64,000 bases of DNA, taken from assembly GCF_964213995.1 (NCBI RefSeq), contig NC_135808.1, forward strand, positions 101,370,001-101,434,000, given 5' to 3'. Positions 37,557-49,110 of the stretch are shown here, piece after piece. Under the pieces are notes generated by a model, which was not told the origin of the DNA, did not search any database, and saw only the letters and a program-made list of their open reading frames with translations. The position numbers were made by a program, and so were the translations under genes. This DNA is from Mustelus asterias. Its lineage: Eukaryota. How positions within the stretch are numbered: position 1 is the first letter of the stretch; the number at the start of each line of letters is the position of its first letter.

Positions 37557-38689
37557 GGGGGTGATTCTCCCATCCCACTGCACTGCTTTTGTAGCACAGT
37601 GGGCCGGGAGAGTCGAGCGGAGGCCGTTTTGTGGGCTCCCCGTTGGGTGCCACGGCCTCCGTGAGTCTCTGGCAGCCGGATTTCTGGTGCCACCAGCTCC
37701 GCACCAGAAATCAGCGCGGAGCTGAAGAAATTATGCAAATGTTAATTTAAATCTCTTTTAAATATAATCAGTGGGCTCAGGACAGGAACCTCCTCTGGGC
37801 CCGCTGGCCTCTTCCGCAACCAGCCCTCCCCCTCCCCCCCTCCCACCGACCCCAGCCAGGAGTGGTTCACTCCAGCAGGGTTTAGTATAGCTCCCCACTT
37901 GGGAGCTGGCAGCCCAACCTTGCTGCAGTGAAGGGGGGCCACGAAGGCCCTCCAGGAGATTGGGGGTGAGGGATTTCCCCTTGGGCAATGCCATCTTGTC
38001 AATGTCAGCCTGGACCCCCCTGGCAAAGTGGCAATGCCCAGGGGGCACCTTGGCATTGCCCATCAGGCATCAGGTTGTGCCAAGAGGTGGGGCCTAATGG
38101 GGGGGGGGGGGTGGGGCGATCAGTGGGGTTGGGGTTCCTGCTGCCATTCTGAAGAGGGATCCCAAGCAGAGGGAGGGATTGGGGCTGGCCATCGGGACTG
38201 CGGGGGCTGGATGGGGGTAGGGGCTGAAGGGAATGGGGGTTGGATCTGCCGTTGGGAGGGGTGGGGGGGGGAGGGGGAGGATCAGGGAGATCGGGGCTGT
38301 GAGGGGGGGAGATTGAGGCAGGCTGGGGGGGGGGGGGTTGAAGCTCGCCTGGACATGTTTACAGGGCCAGAGACTGAGGGGTCACGGGGGCTGGCCATTG
38401 ATTGGGCTGGCCAGCAGTCGGGTGACCAGCAGTGCAGGGGGCTACTGCTCATGCGCCAGTCTCAGCGCTGGCAGATCGTGCTTGCGCAATGGCCCGCTCA
38501 GCACTATGCTGCTCTCCAGTGGGAATAGCCCCCCCTCTCCCCCACCTCCCCCCGGGTTCCTGGAGTGATTCACGCTGAGGCACTCAGCAGTGCACAGAGT
38601 GTGGGAGAGTCATTTTGAAACTCCCGCAGAAAAAAAAGTGTTTTTTACGCGAATTCGACACTTAAAATAGTTTTGGGAGAATCGCCCCC
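37557..38689. mobile_element. Non-autonomous DNA transposon, PIF/Harbinger-like
   Basis: 16-bp TIRs GGGGG(T/C)GATTCTCCCA at both ends, 3-bp ATA duplication, GC-rich non-coding interior. Confidence 0.75.
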
Positions 38690-39779
38690 ATAGAGTTAAA
38701 AACCAGCTGTATCTCATTGAGAGGGTAGATCCATAGACAAGCTAAATGAAGCAACGTTAAAACAGAACGGAATTTGGGTGAATGCAAGTGGAATGAAGCA
38801 TTAATTTGTCCTCTTATTGTGATGCCGTTCCAAGAATGAAACGCATTATGTTTAGACACAATAGTTCCCTTAATTTTATGCCATTATCAATTGAAAGGAG
38901 AATAATCCCGTAAGAGCGGCTAAGGAACAGAGAAGAAAGCGCTCAGTCTTGGAAATGAATAGGAAGAGGAGAAGTGGGTCAAAAGATCACTCGCTGAATA
39001 GGGCTGGAGATGAGATTTTGATAAATGCGTGCGACAACATCATTAAAAGGCAATGTCCACCTTCATTCGGCTTTGTAATATTCATATGGATTGATTACCG
39101 ATGTACCGTGGCTCCCTTTTAATTTTACCCGCATATGCATGGATAGGAATAAACAAAAGGATAATTAAGATAACGCCGGTTCATTCAAATTAAATGATTT
39201 CTGAAGCAGGATGTTTGTTTAGTGAATTAAACCCATTGATCATTGCATAAAATGACATCATAAGAGTGTTACCCTTGATCGAGGCAGCTGGTTTAGTATG
39301 TTGCACTTTTGCAGAGATCAAGACCGTGACGGCATTCCCGTCAAAGATTATTTTTGGACAGTTTCTGGAGTGCGGGCATCACAAAAGATTTTCACAATAG
39401 AAAAAAAAGCTGATTTTTACAAGCTTTCAGACATTGTTATATCTTGTGTATTATTTAGAATCCAAATCTTTTTCACGCTGAGTTGGCATTCATAGCAATG
39501 ATATTATTTAAATATAATTTATAGCAGGAATATCTGCATGCACTGTTGAAATGATGTCATGATTATCTAGACAGAAAAGCCCACTGCTCCCAGCACAGTC
39601 ATTGAACAGAGGCGTCCTCACAGACTGAAGAGGGTGGATGCAGAAACAATGGAGTAAGTGTATGTGCGTGTCTGTCTCTAAACAAAGGCATATTACTGAT
39701 TCTGCCTGGCCCGTTTCATTGTCCCATTTCGGGTTACCTGAGCTCACTGACAACTGAATGTGTATTTGCGTGGATTTGA

Positions 39780-40165
39780 TAGGTTGAATCTTTAGCCCCC
39801 TGGTGTGGATGGCCACAGAGGCAGGTGGGCACGGAATTTTGTACCTCCGGCTGGCGTGCCGGTTCCTGACTCCATCCTGTCCCTGAGCCATTTTCCTGGA
39901 GACGGCATGGTGAGCAGCAGGGCTGCCCACCTGCCAGCAGCCAATCAGCCCGCAGGTTGAAGAGAGGGCACCACTCCTTTGGGGTGCCATCTCCCTCGCT
40001 TCTCTGCCGTCTTTATTTGGATGTCAAGTCTGCTCGCCCGCCCTCTGGCAACTAATTGTCTAATCTGGGGGAATTCCCATCAAGTGACTGTTTTCTGCTG
40101 AGTGCTGGCTCCTGATCCCCAATTGAGTCTGACAGTCTGAAGCCCAATGGGGAAATCCTACCCAA
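39780..40165. mobile_element. Degenerate GC-rich MITE-like element
   Basis: Ends resemble the GGG..ATTTT TIR type (..GGGAAATCCTACCC); GC island in AT-rich flanks. Confidence 0.45.
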
Positions 40166-41004
40166 ACTCACTGAGCAGAGAGATTTAGTAGAAAGACAGC
40201 AATTAATCACCATATTTTGGCTGTGCAATGAGGTAAAATGAGGTTGAAACACAAAACAAATTGTTTATCTCAGACCAGGAGATGTCAAGATTAGTTCAAA
40301 ATCAATAATGATCCTTAATCCAATGATTATGTTAAACTGGAAGTACATTATTGTGAAAATCATTCGGACTGAGGGCAGATGACTAAAATTGCCTCAATAT
40401 TTTCTTGGAGAAGCCCAATCGTTCATCTAATTTTATGATTGTGACCTAGGTTGAACCGAACCACGATGGAGGGTGTGGCACGTGTGTTGAAAAACAGGTT
40501 GACTTTGTGTGAGCTCTCAAAGAGAGAGAAGATGAGGAAAGGGGCTCGAAGAAGTGTTACTTCACCTCAGCTGTTTACTTCTCCTTTTTAAACAGTCGGT
40601 TGGATGAATTTGAGATTCACTCTGAAATTACTGATCAACTTGGTCTAGTTTCTAATACGAGACTGGGCACATCTTGCTGGATGAATAACAGCTTGTTAAT
40701 GACGCACACATTATTAATGCTCAAATTGACCAGCAATTCAGAGGGTTTAGAGAGAGAGAGAGCGTGAGTTGCACCTCCCTGGAACTTTCTGGTTGATTTA
40801 CGGCACTCTACCACGCATGAACAACATCTCACCCTGTTCCTCTTGGTTAAGAACTGCTGCATTTGCATATTAGTTACTCATTAAACACCTCATCAAAAGT
40901 TAGTACTGGAACTTAACGATATAAGTCCCATTTCAACAATGTGATCACTGAAAATGCCATTCAATGATCCTGAACCTGTATATAGCAAATTGTTGTTAGA
41001 GATT

Positions 41005-41330
41005 TAGAATGGAATAGAATAGAGTTCCTACAGTACAGAAGGAGGCCGTTGGGCCCATCGAGTCTGTACCGACCAGAATCCCATCCCGGTTCTATTCCCG
41101 TAACCCCACACATTTATCCTGTTAATCCCCCTGACGCTAGGGTCAATTTAGCATGGCCAATCTACCTAACCCGTACATCTTTGGACTGTGGGAGGAAACC
41201 AGAGCACCCCCACGCAGACACGGGGAGAATGTGCAAAGTCTGCACAGACGGTGACCCGAGGCCGGAATTGAACCCGGGTCCCTGGCACTGTGAGGCAGCA
41301 GTGCTAACCACTGTGCCACCCTGCCGTCCC
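41005..41330 (-). mobile_element. HE1-type V-SINE
   Basis: Complete copy. Confidence 0.9.
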
Positions 41331-41890
41331 TTTTAAAGGTCAAATTTTTCATTTTTATCTTTTTCTCCCTGGTTCTTGATTCTCTCTTTTGGTTCAGTCT
41401 CTCTTTCTCGGTCTTTTTTTTTCCCTTTAAAGACTCCGATTGACTCTCCTTTTCAGTTGCTCCTCATTTATTGCTCAATCCTGTCAGAACCTGTAAGGAA
41501 ATAGGAGCAGGAGTAGACCACACAGCCCATCGAGCCTGTTCCACCATTCAATGCAGTCATGGCTGTTCTTGCACTTCAACTCCATGTTTTTAAGGAGATA
41601 CACTTTGTTGGTTGCACATTCACTGAGGCCCCAGCTGCTACACATGTCTTTGACCACACCATTACCAACAGAGTGTCAGAGTGTTAAAATAATCACCTGA
41701 AAGGTGCAGAGAAAGTCTCAAACAACCCTACTCCACCCTGCTCCAGCAGAGTCAATAGATAAACACAAACAAACCTATACAGTATTTCCGTTAAGCACTT
41801 TGCGTAGCAATGGTGTGTAGAAGGTGGGCACTGGCGACGTTTACCTGAGGTTAATGTTGCAGCGTCCTTGCCATACACTGGTCAGGAAGA

Positions 41891-42215
41891 GGGCAGCAAG
41901 GTGGCGCAGTAGTTAGCACTGCTGCCTCACAGCGTCAGTGTCCCAGGTTCAATTCCGGCCTCGGGTGACTGTCTGTGTGGAATCTGCACGTTCTCCCCGT
42001 GTCTACGTGGGTTTCCTCCGGGAGCTCCAGTTTCCTCCCACACTCCAAAGATACGCAGTTTAGGTGGATTGGCCATGCTAAATTGCCCCTTAGTTTCAGA
42101 GGGACTAGCAGGGTAAATACGTGGGGTTACATGGATAGGGCCTGTGTGGGATTGTTGTCGGTGCAGGCTCGATGGGCCGAATGGCCTTCTTCTGTACTGT
42201 AGGAATTCTATGATT
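41891..42215 (+). mobile_element. HE1-type V-SINE
   Basis: Complete copy. Confidence 0.92.
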
Positions 42216-42769
42216 GTAGGTAACGAACAGGCCAGCTGTTCCCAGATCTTTGGAGAACTGTTTATTCCAACCTTGTGACAAACACTGGATTTCACTTTCC
42301 GATTCCCCTTTGTGGCCCAGCTGAGATGAAAAACTTGCCACATGAGTTGAAATCGCTCCGAGTACTATTTTGATACACTAACAATAGGATTACCTTGTTA
42401 ATTTCAAATGAACAAATTGGCTAAAATAGCACACTCAGGAATTTCACCCCTTTGGTTAGCTCAGGGGAAAAGGGAAACATTTTTTCCGTGGAAAGCAAAA
42501 ATCAGAGATCGGCATCACATGCAAGAATGGATGAGCAGCAGAACTTAGAAAGTGTATGGAAGAAACAGTCCGGCATTTACATAAAGGAACACATAGGTCA
42601 CAATGTGCTTTTAAACAGCTTAGAATAACATCATAGCAGGAGCTGAATAACTTTGCGCTATCACAGGGAGTGCTTAGAGTTTCACCTTGAAGTGATAATA
42701 TCTCCATTTCATTCAGTCATTCTCATTGCTATTGAGACATCAACTGATTCCTTGTAACCTGTTTGCAAA

Positions 42770-43086
42770 AGGCATTATCTCTGGCAGCCTCTCAAAGTGA
42801 GGAGGATGCTTACTACAGAGTGCAGCCCACGGCCAGAACCTGCACATGGAGTCCTTTGACATGGGGAGGCTGTTGCGGTGCACCTACCAGATGGTTCTGG
42901 CTGAACAGGAGACTCTCTTACTCTTGCCACCTGCCTTTGGCGTATTGGAAAGATTTACAGATTGCTAATCAATCTGTTTGGCCACATTATGAACACACCT
43001 TCTATGACCATTAAGTCCTAGATTGGGACCCCAACCTGGTGCTTCCAGCTCAGGTCGGGACAGTATCACTGTGCCACAAGACCTCC
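42770..43086 (-). mobile_element. tRNA-derived SINE, possibly with an RTE-type tail
   Basis: Minus strand starts GGAGGTCTTGTGGCACAGTG (A-box-like) and ends CATCCTCCTCACTTTGAGAGGCTGCC. Confidence 0.5.
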
Positions 43087-43489
43087 CCACCATTGCCACC
43101 ACTGACTCATGCCTTCATAATTATAACAAATGTGTGTCATCAAAAATGACTGCAGCCATTCAAGAAGACATCACCTCCTCCAGGGCAATTAGGGATGGAC
43201 AATAAATGTTGGCCTCGCCAGCAAAGCCCTCATCCCATGAATGAATTAAGAAAAGTTGCAGCTGAAAAGATTTTACAGACTTGCTCGATCAAGCTATCTA
43301 GTAGCTAGATTCTTCATGTACTTTATGACCATTGATATAGCAACATTGAATGGGAAATGTTGAGGTAAAAGTTGACAATGGCAAATATTAACTCAAAACC
43401 ATGACCAAAAATTACGAGGTAAGATGCTTGATCAAGAAAAGCCCACGCTACACAATGTTCTAAATAACATAGGTCCAAAATTAATATAG

Positions 43490-43930
43490 GTCCTTGAGAG
43501 AGTGCAGATTGATCAGAATAGTTCCAGGAACAAGGGATGTTAGGTACAAGGTTGAATATGTATGACTGGTGCAGGGATTGTTCTTCTTGGAAAAAAGGAG
43601 ATTTGATAAAAGTGTACAAGATAAGGATAGGGTAGACAAGGAAACACTGTCCCCATTAGCTGCTGACACAAGGAATAGGGGACACAGATTTAAGGTTTTG
43701 GAGAAGAGATTCACAGAGGACTGAAGGAAGAACATTTTTAGGCAGTGAATGGCAATGATGTGAAACTTCAAGGTTGGTGGAACTGAAGATAATCAATAAT
43801 TTTAACAGGAGATTGAATGGGTACTTTAAGGAAATAAGGGTTGTGATGATTGAGTAGGAGAATGGGACTAACTGATTGCTCTATGGAGAGCTGGCATAGA
43901 TTTAATGGGCCAAATGGCCTCCCTTCTCCC
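43490..43930 (+). mobile_element. Old CR1 3' fragment
   Basis: Decayed TRGHRFKV / FFRQ..W region and GGGCCAAATGGCCTCC hairpin. Confidence 0.75.
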
Positions 43931-44649
43931 ACATTCAGTGCAGAGCTCTTTTTATTAAAGCTTTATCATTACGCACAGAATATCTTTTGATGAGATGATA
44001 TTCAGCTCTCATTATGTCCCAGTGTCTGCACTGGAGATGACAATTATTTTCTGTACACACACCAGGGTGGTTCCATTGTCTGTCCGAGTATCACCCCCAG
44101 CAATTCAGCCAGTGACTAAATTTACATCCTAACCTATCTTTGGCTTGTGTCTCCATTTTAGTAAACTCTCAGGTTTTATTTAAAGTTCAGTATTTCCAGA
44201 CGTAATTCAGTGTTTTGCCTTCATTATTATGACAATATGCAAAATGTCACTTTAAGCATTTTCTTCCTATGCAAAGAAGTCTTTTTTGCAAATCAAGTTG
44301 TAACTAGTCGCTGCAAAACTGCCTTGTCCTGAAATTAATCAAATTAGCGTACGCTGATAGACAACACAAAGAAATGATCTAAACTCTCTCATTTATTTGA
44401 ACCTCCAAAAATCCATTGCAAATTTGATAACATGATTTTTTGGCAAGCCAATTTTCATCTTCAGAGGCTGCAAGAGACATAGCTGAGAAGATAGCTCAAA
44501 TCTTCACTTCACGGTCAGACCCCCTATTTTCAACCCTGGTCAGACAGAAAAATACACATTTACCTTCTTCCAATTTTTCTAAGAAATCTCCTGATAAGAG
44601 GGTGCTGCAGAACTCAGCCAGTGCAGGTAAAAGTCTGAAAGTCTGCCCC

Positions 44650-44753
44650 ATGTCAACCCACGTTGACATGGGGCGAACGTATAAACTCCACACAGACAGT
44701 CACCCAAGGTTAGAATCAAATCTGGGTCTCTGGCAGCAGTGCTAGCCACTGTG
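44650..44753 (-). mobile_element. HE1 V-SINE 5' fragment
   Basis: AAACTCCACACAGACAGTCACCCAAGG..GCAGTGCTAGCCACTG. Confidence 0.75.
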
Positions 44754-44756
44754 ATT

Positions 44757-45025
44757 GAAAACCAGAGGACACAGATTTAAGGTACGATTTGAGATAGAAG
44801 AAGCAACGACGACATGAGGAAAACCTTCTTCATGCAGCGAGTAGTTAGGATCTGTGAGTATGGAGGAGTCAGATCAACTGAGGCATTTAAGGGGAATTGG
44901 ATTCTTATCTGAAAGGGAGGAATGTACGGGGGAGTGGCACGAGGTAAATTCCTCCTTCAGACAGCCAGCATAGGAATGACTGGCCGAATCGTCACTTTCC
45001 GTGCTGTAACCATTCTGTAATTCTT
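44757..45025 (+). mobile_element. Old CR1 3' fragment
   Basis: ACCAGAGGACACAGATTTAAGGT..TTCATGCAGCGAGTAGTT..tail. Confidence 0.7.
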
Positions 45026-46154
45026 CATATTCTAAACCCAGGCGGCTGGTTGGTATGTATTCTTCTGCTAAGGAATCGCAATCATATTGAATAAGCTAAA
45101 TACAGTGACAATACTTTCTTTTTGATCTTTGAGTTACACATTACCACATTAACAGATATTGGATGTAGAAAGTCACACCATTTGGTGTGGACAGTGAGAG
45201 CTCCCTTGCAGGCATGGTCTTTGGCAGGGAGCGTGCAAGAAGTCTCAAAGTAAAGACTGAAAATCTAATAAATGCAGCCAGCAGAGATCTGGTAAAATCC
45301 ATGTGAGAATAGAGGGAAATGTAACTTCCAAGTCATGGATTTCCTCTTCCCAGCCTCCATCCCCTTCCCAGACACCTGTTACAGATACTCTGTCAGTGCT
45401 GTCAACAATAACAAAATACTAGGAATGAATATGATCATAAAGAACACTAAAGCTTGTAAACTTATTTATCCACATGGAATTCTGTTTATTTTTAAGAGTG
45501 ATGTATATGAAGGAGGTTACACTTTATTGCCATCGAGAATGATTCATCCTTAATGAGTGGTGCGTGGTGGGTGTGACTGTGGCACTGAATAGATGTGACT
45601 GGTGCTTCATCTACTAGGAGCCTTGGCACATACCAAGGAGCAGATTGCCTTCCTCAGCCCCTCAAACACAGAAAGTGAGTGGAATGGCGGAAGCCAAACA
45701 AAGGAGGAGTGGTGCTTTGTGCTTAATTTTCACAGTCTGTGTCAAGCAAAAGGCTGCAGTGCTCTTTGGAAGGGGAGAAATAATTTGGTAAAGCACAGCT
45801 GTCCTTGGGACTTGAAATAGTCACTTGGCCAATCCTGGATCCAGCTGATGTGATGCCAAATGCACAGGCGCACAGAGCAGTCGCACAAGAAAGACACATC
45901 CTGGGTTTTGCAAGCCCCAGTGAATAGTGTTGATCCCTGCTCCAGCCCAGTAGCCATATAACCACGGTCTTTAGTATCACCATCTTATGTTAAAGTCCCT
46001 GCCTTTCAATGAAAAACCTGGCACAGGGAACATTGCCTTGGGATATGAAGTAATGGAAACCATCGAGTCCGCCGTCATTTAGTAGTGAGTCATTATACAA
46101 AACACCAATGATCTGATTGAATGGCAAAGCAGGCTGAAAAGACTGAACACTCTG

Positions 46155-46280
46155 AGTGGGATTTTATGGCCTTGCTCGTCCCGAAACCATAGAATCCCAC
46201 TCGAGGTCAACGGACCTTTCCATGGTCCACACCTCGCCCACTCCAATTTCCGTGGCGGGCAGGACGGTAAAATTCCAGCC
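46155..46280. mobile_element. ~125-bp MITE-like element
   Basis: Imperfect TIRs (GGGATTTTA../..TAAAATTCC); interior matches 58695-58821. Confidence 0.6.
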
Positions 46281-47712
46281 TCTATCTTTGTTCCCCTGTT
46301 GTAAAAGTGGATGTAGATACCATCTTTGGTTGCTACAAATATGACTTTTAATTTCATTTTGCATTGGGTAAGCTCGGAATTAGCCTCTCTTTCTAATAGA
46401 CTTTGATGCAACAAAACACAACCTCAGAAAGATTGAAAGAGCCAGTTACCTATGGTGCTGCCAGCTCATTGTTTTGTATAGACTGATGGACAAATAGCCA
46501 TTTTAACCCTGTCTGTTATTCTGTCAACCCAAGTGTTTAATCTTCTCTATTCCTTTCCTGGAGGTAATGGCCTGATGTCACACAGTTCCACCGATAACTT
46601 CCATAAGTAGCAATTGCTCATGGGCGAGTTTGACTGTATCAGAAGGCTTCTCAACTATGTGGTCACAACGCTCTCCTCACCTAATGGGCAGGGACTTACT
46701 TGCCTCCAGGGATGAATGACAGCCAATCAGGAGTGGGAACCGTGGATAATTTTCCCCTTGTCTAGCCCGGGCACACATTCTCCAATTGTAGCACCCGTAC
46801 CCTTGACTCCACTTTGATCGACTAACTCAGAATCTGCCACTGAGTCAGCAGAACCATTTCAATCCATGTTTATTTGGAATTTGCCACACTCAGTCAATAT
46901 ATCACTCCGTCCGAAGCAAAGGTTTTCAAAGCCATTGTGAAGCTGCAACATTGCCCTTGAACTAATAGCGGCTATCGTCGGGTTAAAGTTAGATTTTGAA
47001 CAAACTGATTTATTTTGTATATATTCACCCTTGACCTGACACCCTTCTGGGCTCTTCATGATTCATGGATAGCAATATCAATTACTATGTCTTGGATCAA
47101 TAATTCAACATTTGTTGCCTGATATTATATCATATTTTTCTTCATCATTTAGCCATTTGTGACACCAGTGATCTCGTTTAGCTATTCTCATAATAGTGAG
47201 AGAATCTCATGACATTTTTACAATGCTTCATACAGGATCAGTGGGAATAGTCAACTCTGAACACTGCAGTATTTAATTATTCGCTCTATAAAATTGCATT
47301 TGAGTTTGCTGGAGCCATGAGTTGGATCATTCTGAGTTAATTTTGCCTGTGTAGAATTGCTATGGATAAGGATTTTTTTTTTTCTTGGCTCAAGATTGTT
47401 TTGTGGAAGGGAACTCTATACCTGATCTTACGGATCTAAGTAGGTCATAACTCATTGTACTTAAGCCATTCCAACAATACATTACAAGACTGTGATCTTA
47501 ATTCTGGGGTTAAAAAATTTAATACATCTCATTTTATAATATTTCTTAACACTGAGATTGCACCTTCAGAAAGGCTGACCTCCTCTTTCATGCCTGGCAC
47601 AAGGGCTTCCATGTTTATCGCAGTTGAAATGAAAGAGAGAAAGAGAGGGACAAATGTTAGCTTGTGGCCTGTAGCTTCCTGCTGACTGTGGGGAATTGAC
47701 TGTACCTCTTCT

Positions 47713-47865
47713 TAGAATCATAGAATCTACAGTGCAGAAGGAGGCCATTTGGCCCATCGAGCTTGCACCGACTACAGTCCCATCCCCATAACCCTATATA
47801 TTTGCAGTCCTAATCCCCCTGACACTAAGGGGCAATTTATCATGGCCAGTCAACCTAACCCGCAC
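47713..47865 (-). mobile_element. HE1 V-SINE 3' half
   Basis: AGAATCATAGAATCTACAGTGCAGAAGGAGGCC.. Confidence 0.8.
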
Positions 47866-48029
47866 TCTTGTCTAATGTCTGCACCAGGGCCTCTGTGGCA
47901 GCATTCAAGAACCTTGGTGCTCTCTCAGCCACTTCTCTCCATCTCTCCACAGCCAGATGCCAGCTGATTTGAATTGAGAAGGTTGATATCTGCCCCCTCC
48001 CACCAATACCCCATCCCATTGCTTTTCTT

Positions 48030-48290
48030 TAAAATTCATTTACAGATGTGGGTGGGTCTGGCTGGGCCAGCATTTATTGCCATTCCTATGAACTGAGTAG
48101 CTTGGTAGGCCATTTCAGAGGGCATTTAAGAGTCAACCACACCGCTGTGGGTCTGTAGTCACACATAGGGCAGACCATGTAAGGATGGCAGATTTCCCTC
48201 CCTAAAGGACATTAGTGACCCAGGTGGGTTTTTACAACAGTCAACAATGGCTTTGTGGTTATCATTAGAATTTTAATTCCAGATTTTTAA
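48030..48290 (-). mobile_element. MetaSINE-like SINE fragment
   Basis: Reverse complement of the 18365 core and tail. Confidence 0.75.
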
Positions 48291-48329
48291 AAGATGTATT
48301 TTTGTAGATATTGCCTGCCCGCAAGTATA

Positions 48330-49037
48330 AGAAACATTGAAACATAGAAAAACTACAGCACAAACAGGCCCTTCGGCCCACAAGTTGTGCCGAACACATC
48401 CCTACCTTCTAGACCTACCTATAACCCTCCATCCTATTACGCTCCATGTACTCATCCAGGAGTCTCTTAAAAGACCCTATTGGGTTCGCCTCCACCACCA
48501 CTGACGGCAGCCGATTCCACTCGCCCACCACCCTCTGTGTGAAAAACTTACCCCTAACATCTCCCCTGTACCTACCCCCCAGCACCCTAAACCTGTGTCC
48601 TCTCGTAGCAGACATTTCCACTCTGGGAAAAAGCCTCTGAGAGTCCACCCAATCTATGCCTCTCAACATCTTATACACCTCTATTAGGTCTCCTCTCATC
48701 TTTCGCCTCTCCAAGGAGAAAAGATCGAGCTCCCTCAGCCTATCCTCATAAGGCATGCCACTCAATCCAGGCAACATCCTTGTAAATCTCCTCTGCACCC
48801 TTTCAATCTTTTCCACATCCTTCCTATAGTGAGGCGACCAGAACTGAGCACAGTACTCCAAGTGGGGTCTGACGAGGGTCTTATATAGCTGCATCATTAT
48901 CCCCGGACTCCTAAACTCAATCCCTCGATTGATAAAGGCCAGCACACCATACGCCTTCTTAACCACCTCCTCCACCTGCGGGGCCGATTTCAGAGTCCTA
49001 TGGACCCAGACCCCAAGGTCCTTCTGATCCTCTTGTA
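48330..49037 (-). mobile_element. 5'-truncated CR1 LINE
   Basis: ORF 48415-49107, same subfamily as 5876; TSD caagtata at 48322-48329 and 49038-49045. Confidence 0.95.
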
Positions 49038-49110
49038 CAAGTATAGTCTTGTATTTTCTGCTATCTTTAAGTAGACTGTCAATGTTTATGTTCCTTTTCC
49101 ATATCAAGCC

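Noticed and set aside
38028-38528. 166-aa Gly/Trp-rich ORF
   Set aside because: Artefact of G-tracts inside the non-autonomous transposon.
41891-41965. tRNA-like sequence with A and B boxes
   Set aside because: SINE head that runs straight into the V-domain, with no acceptor stem or terminator.
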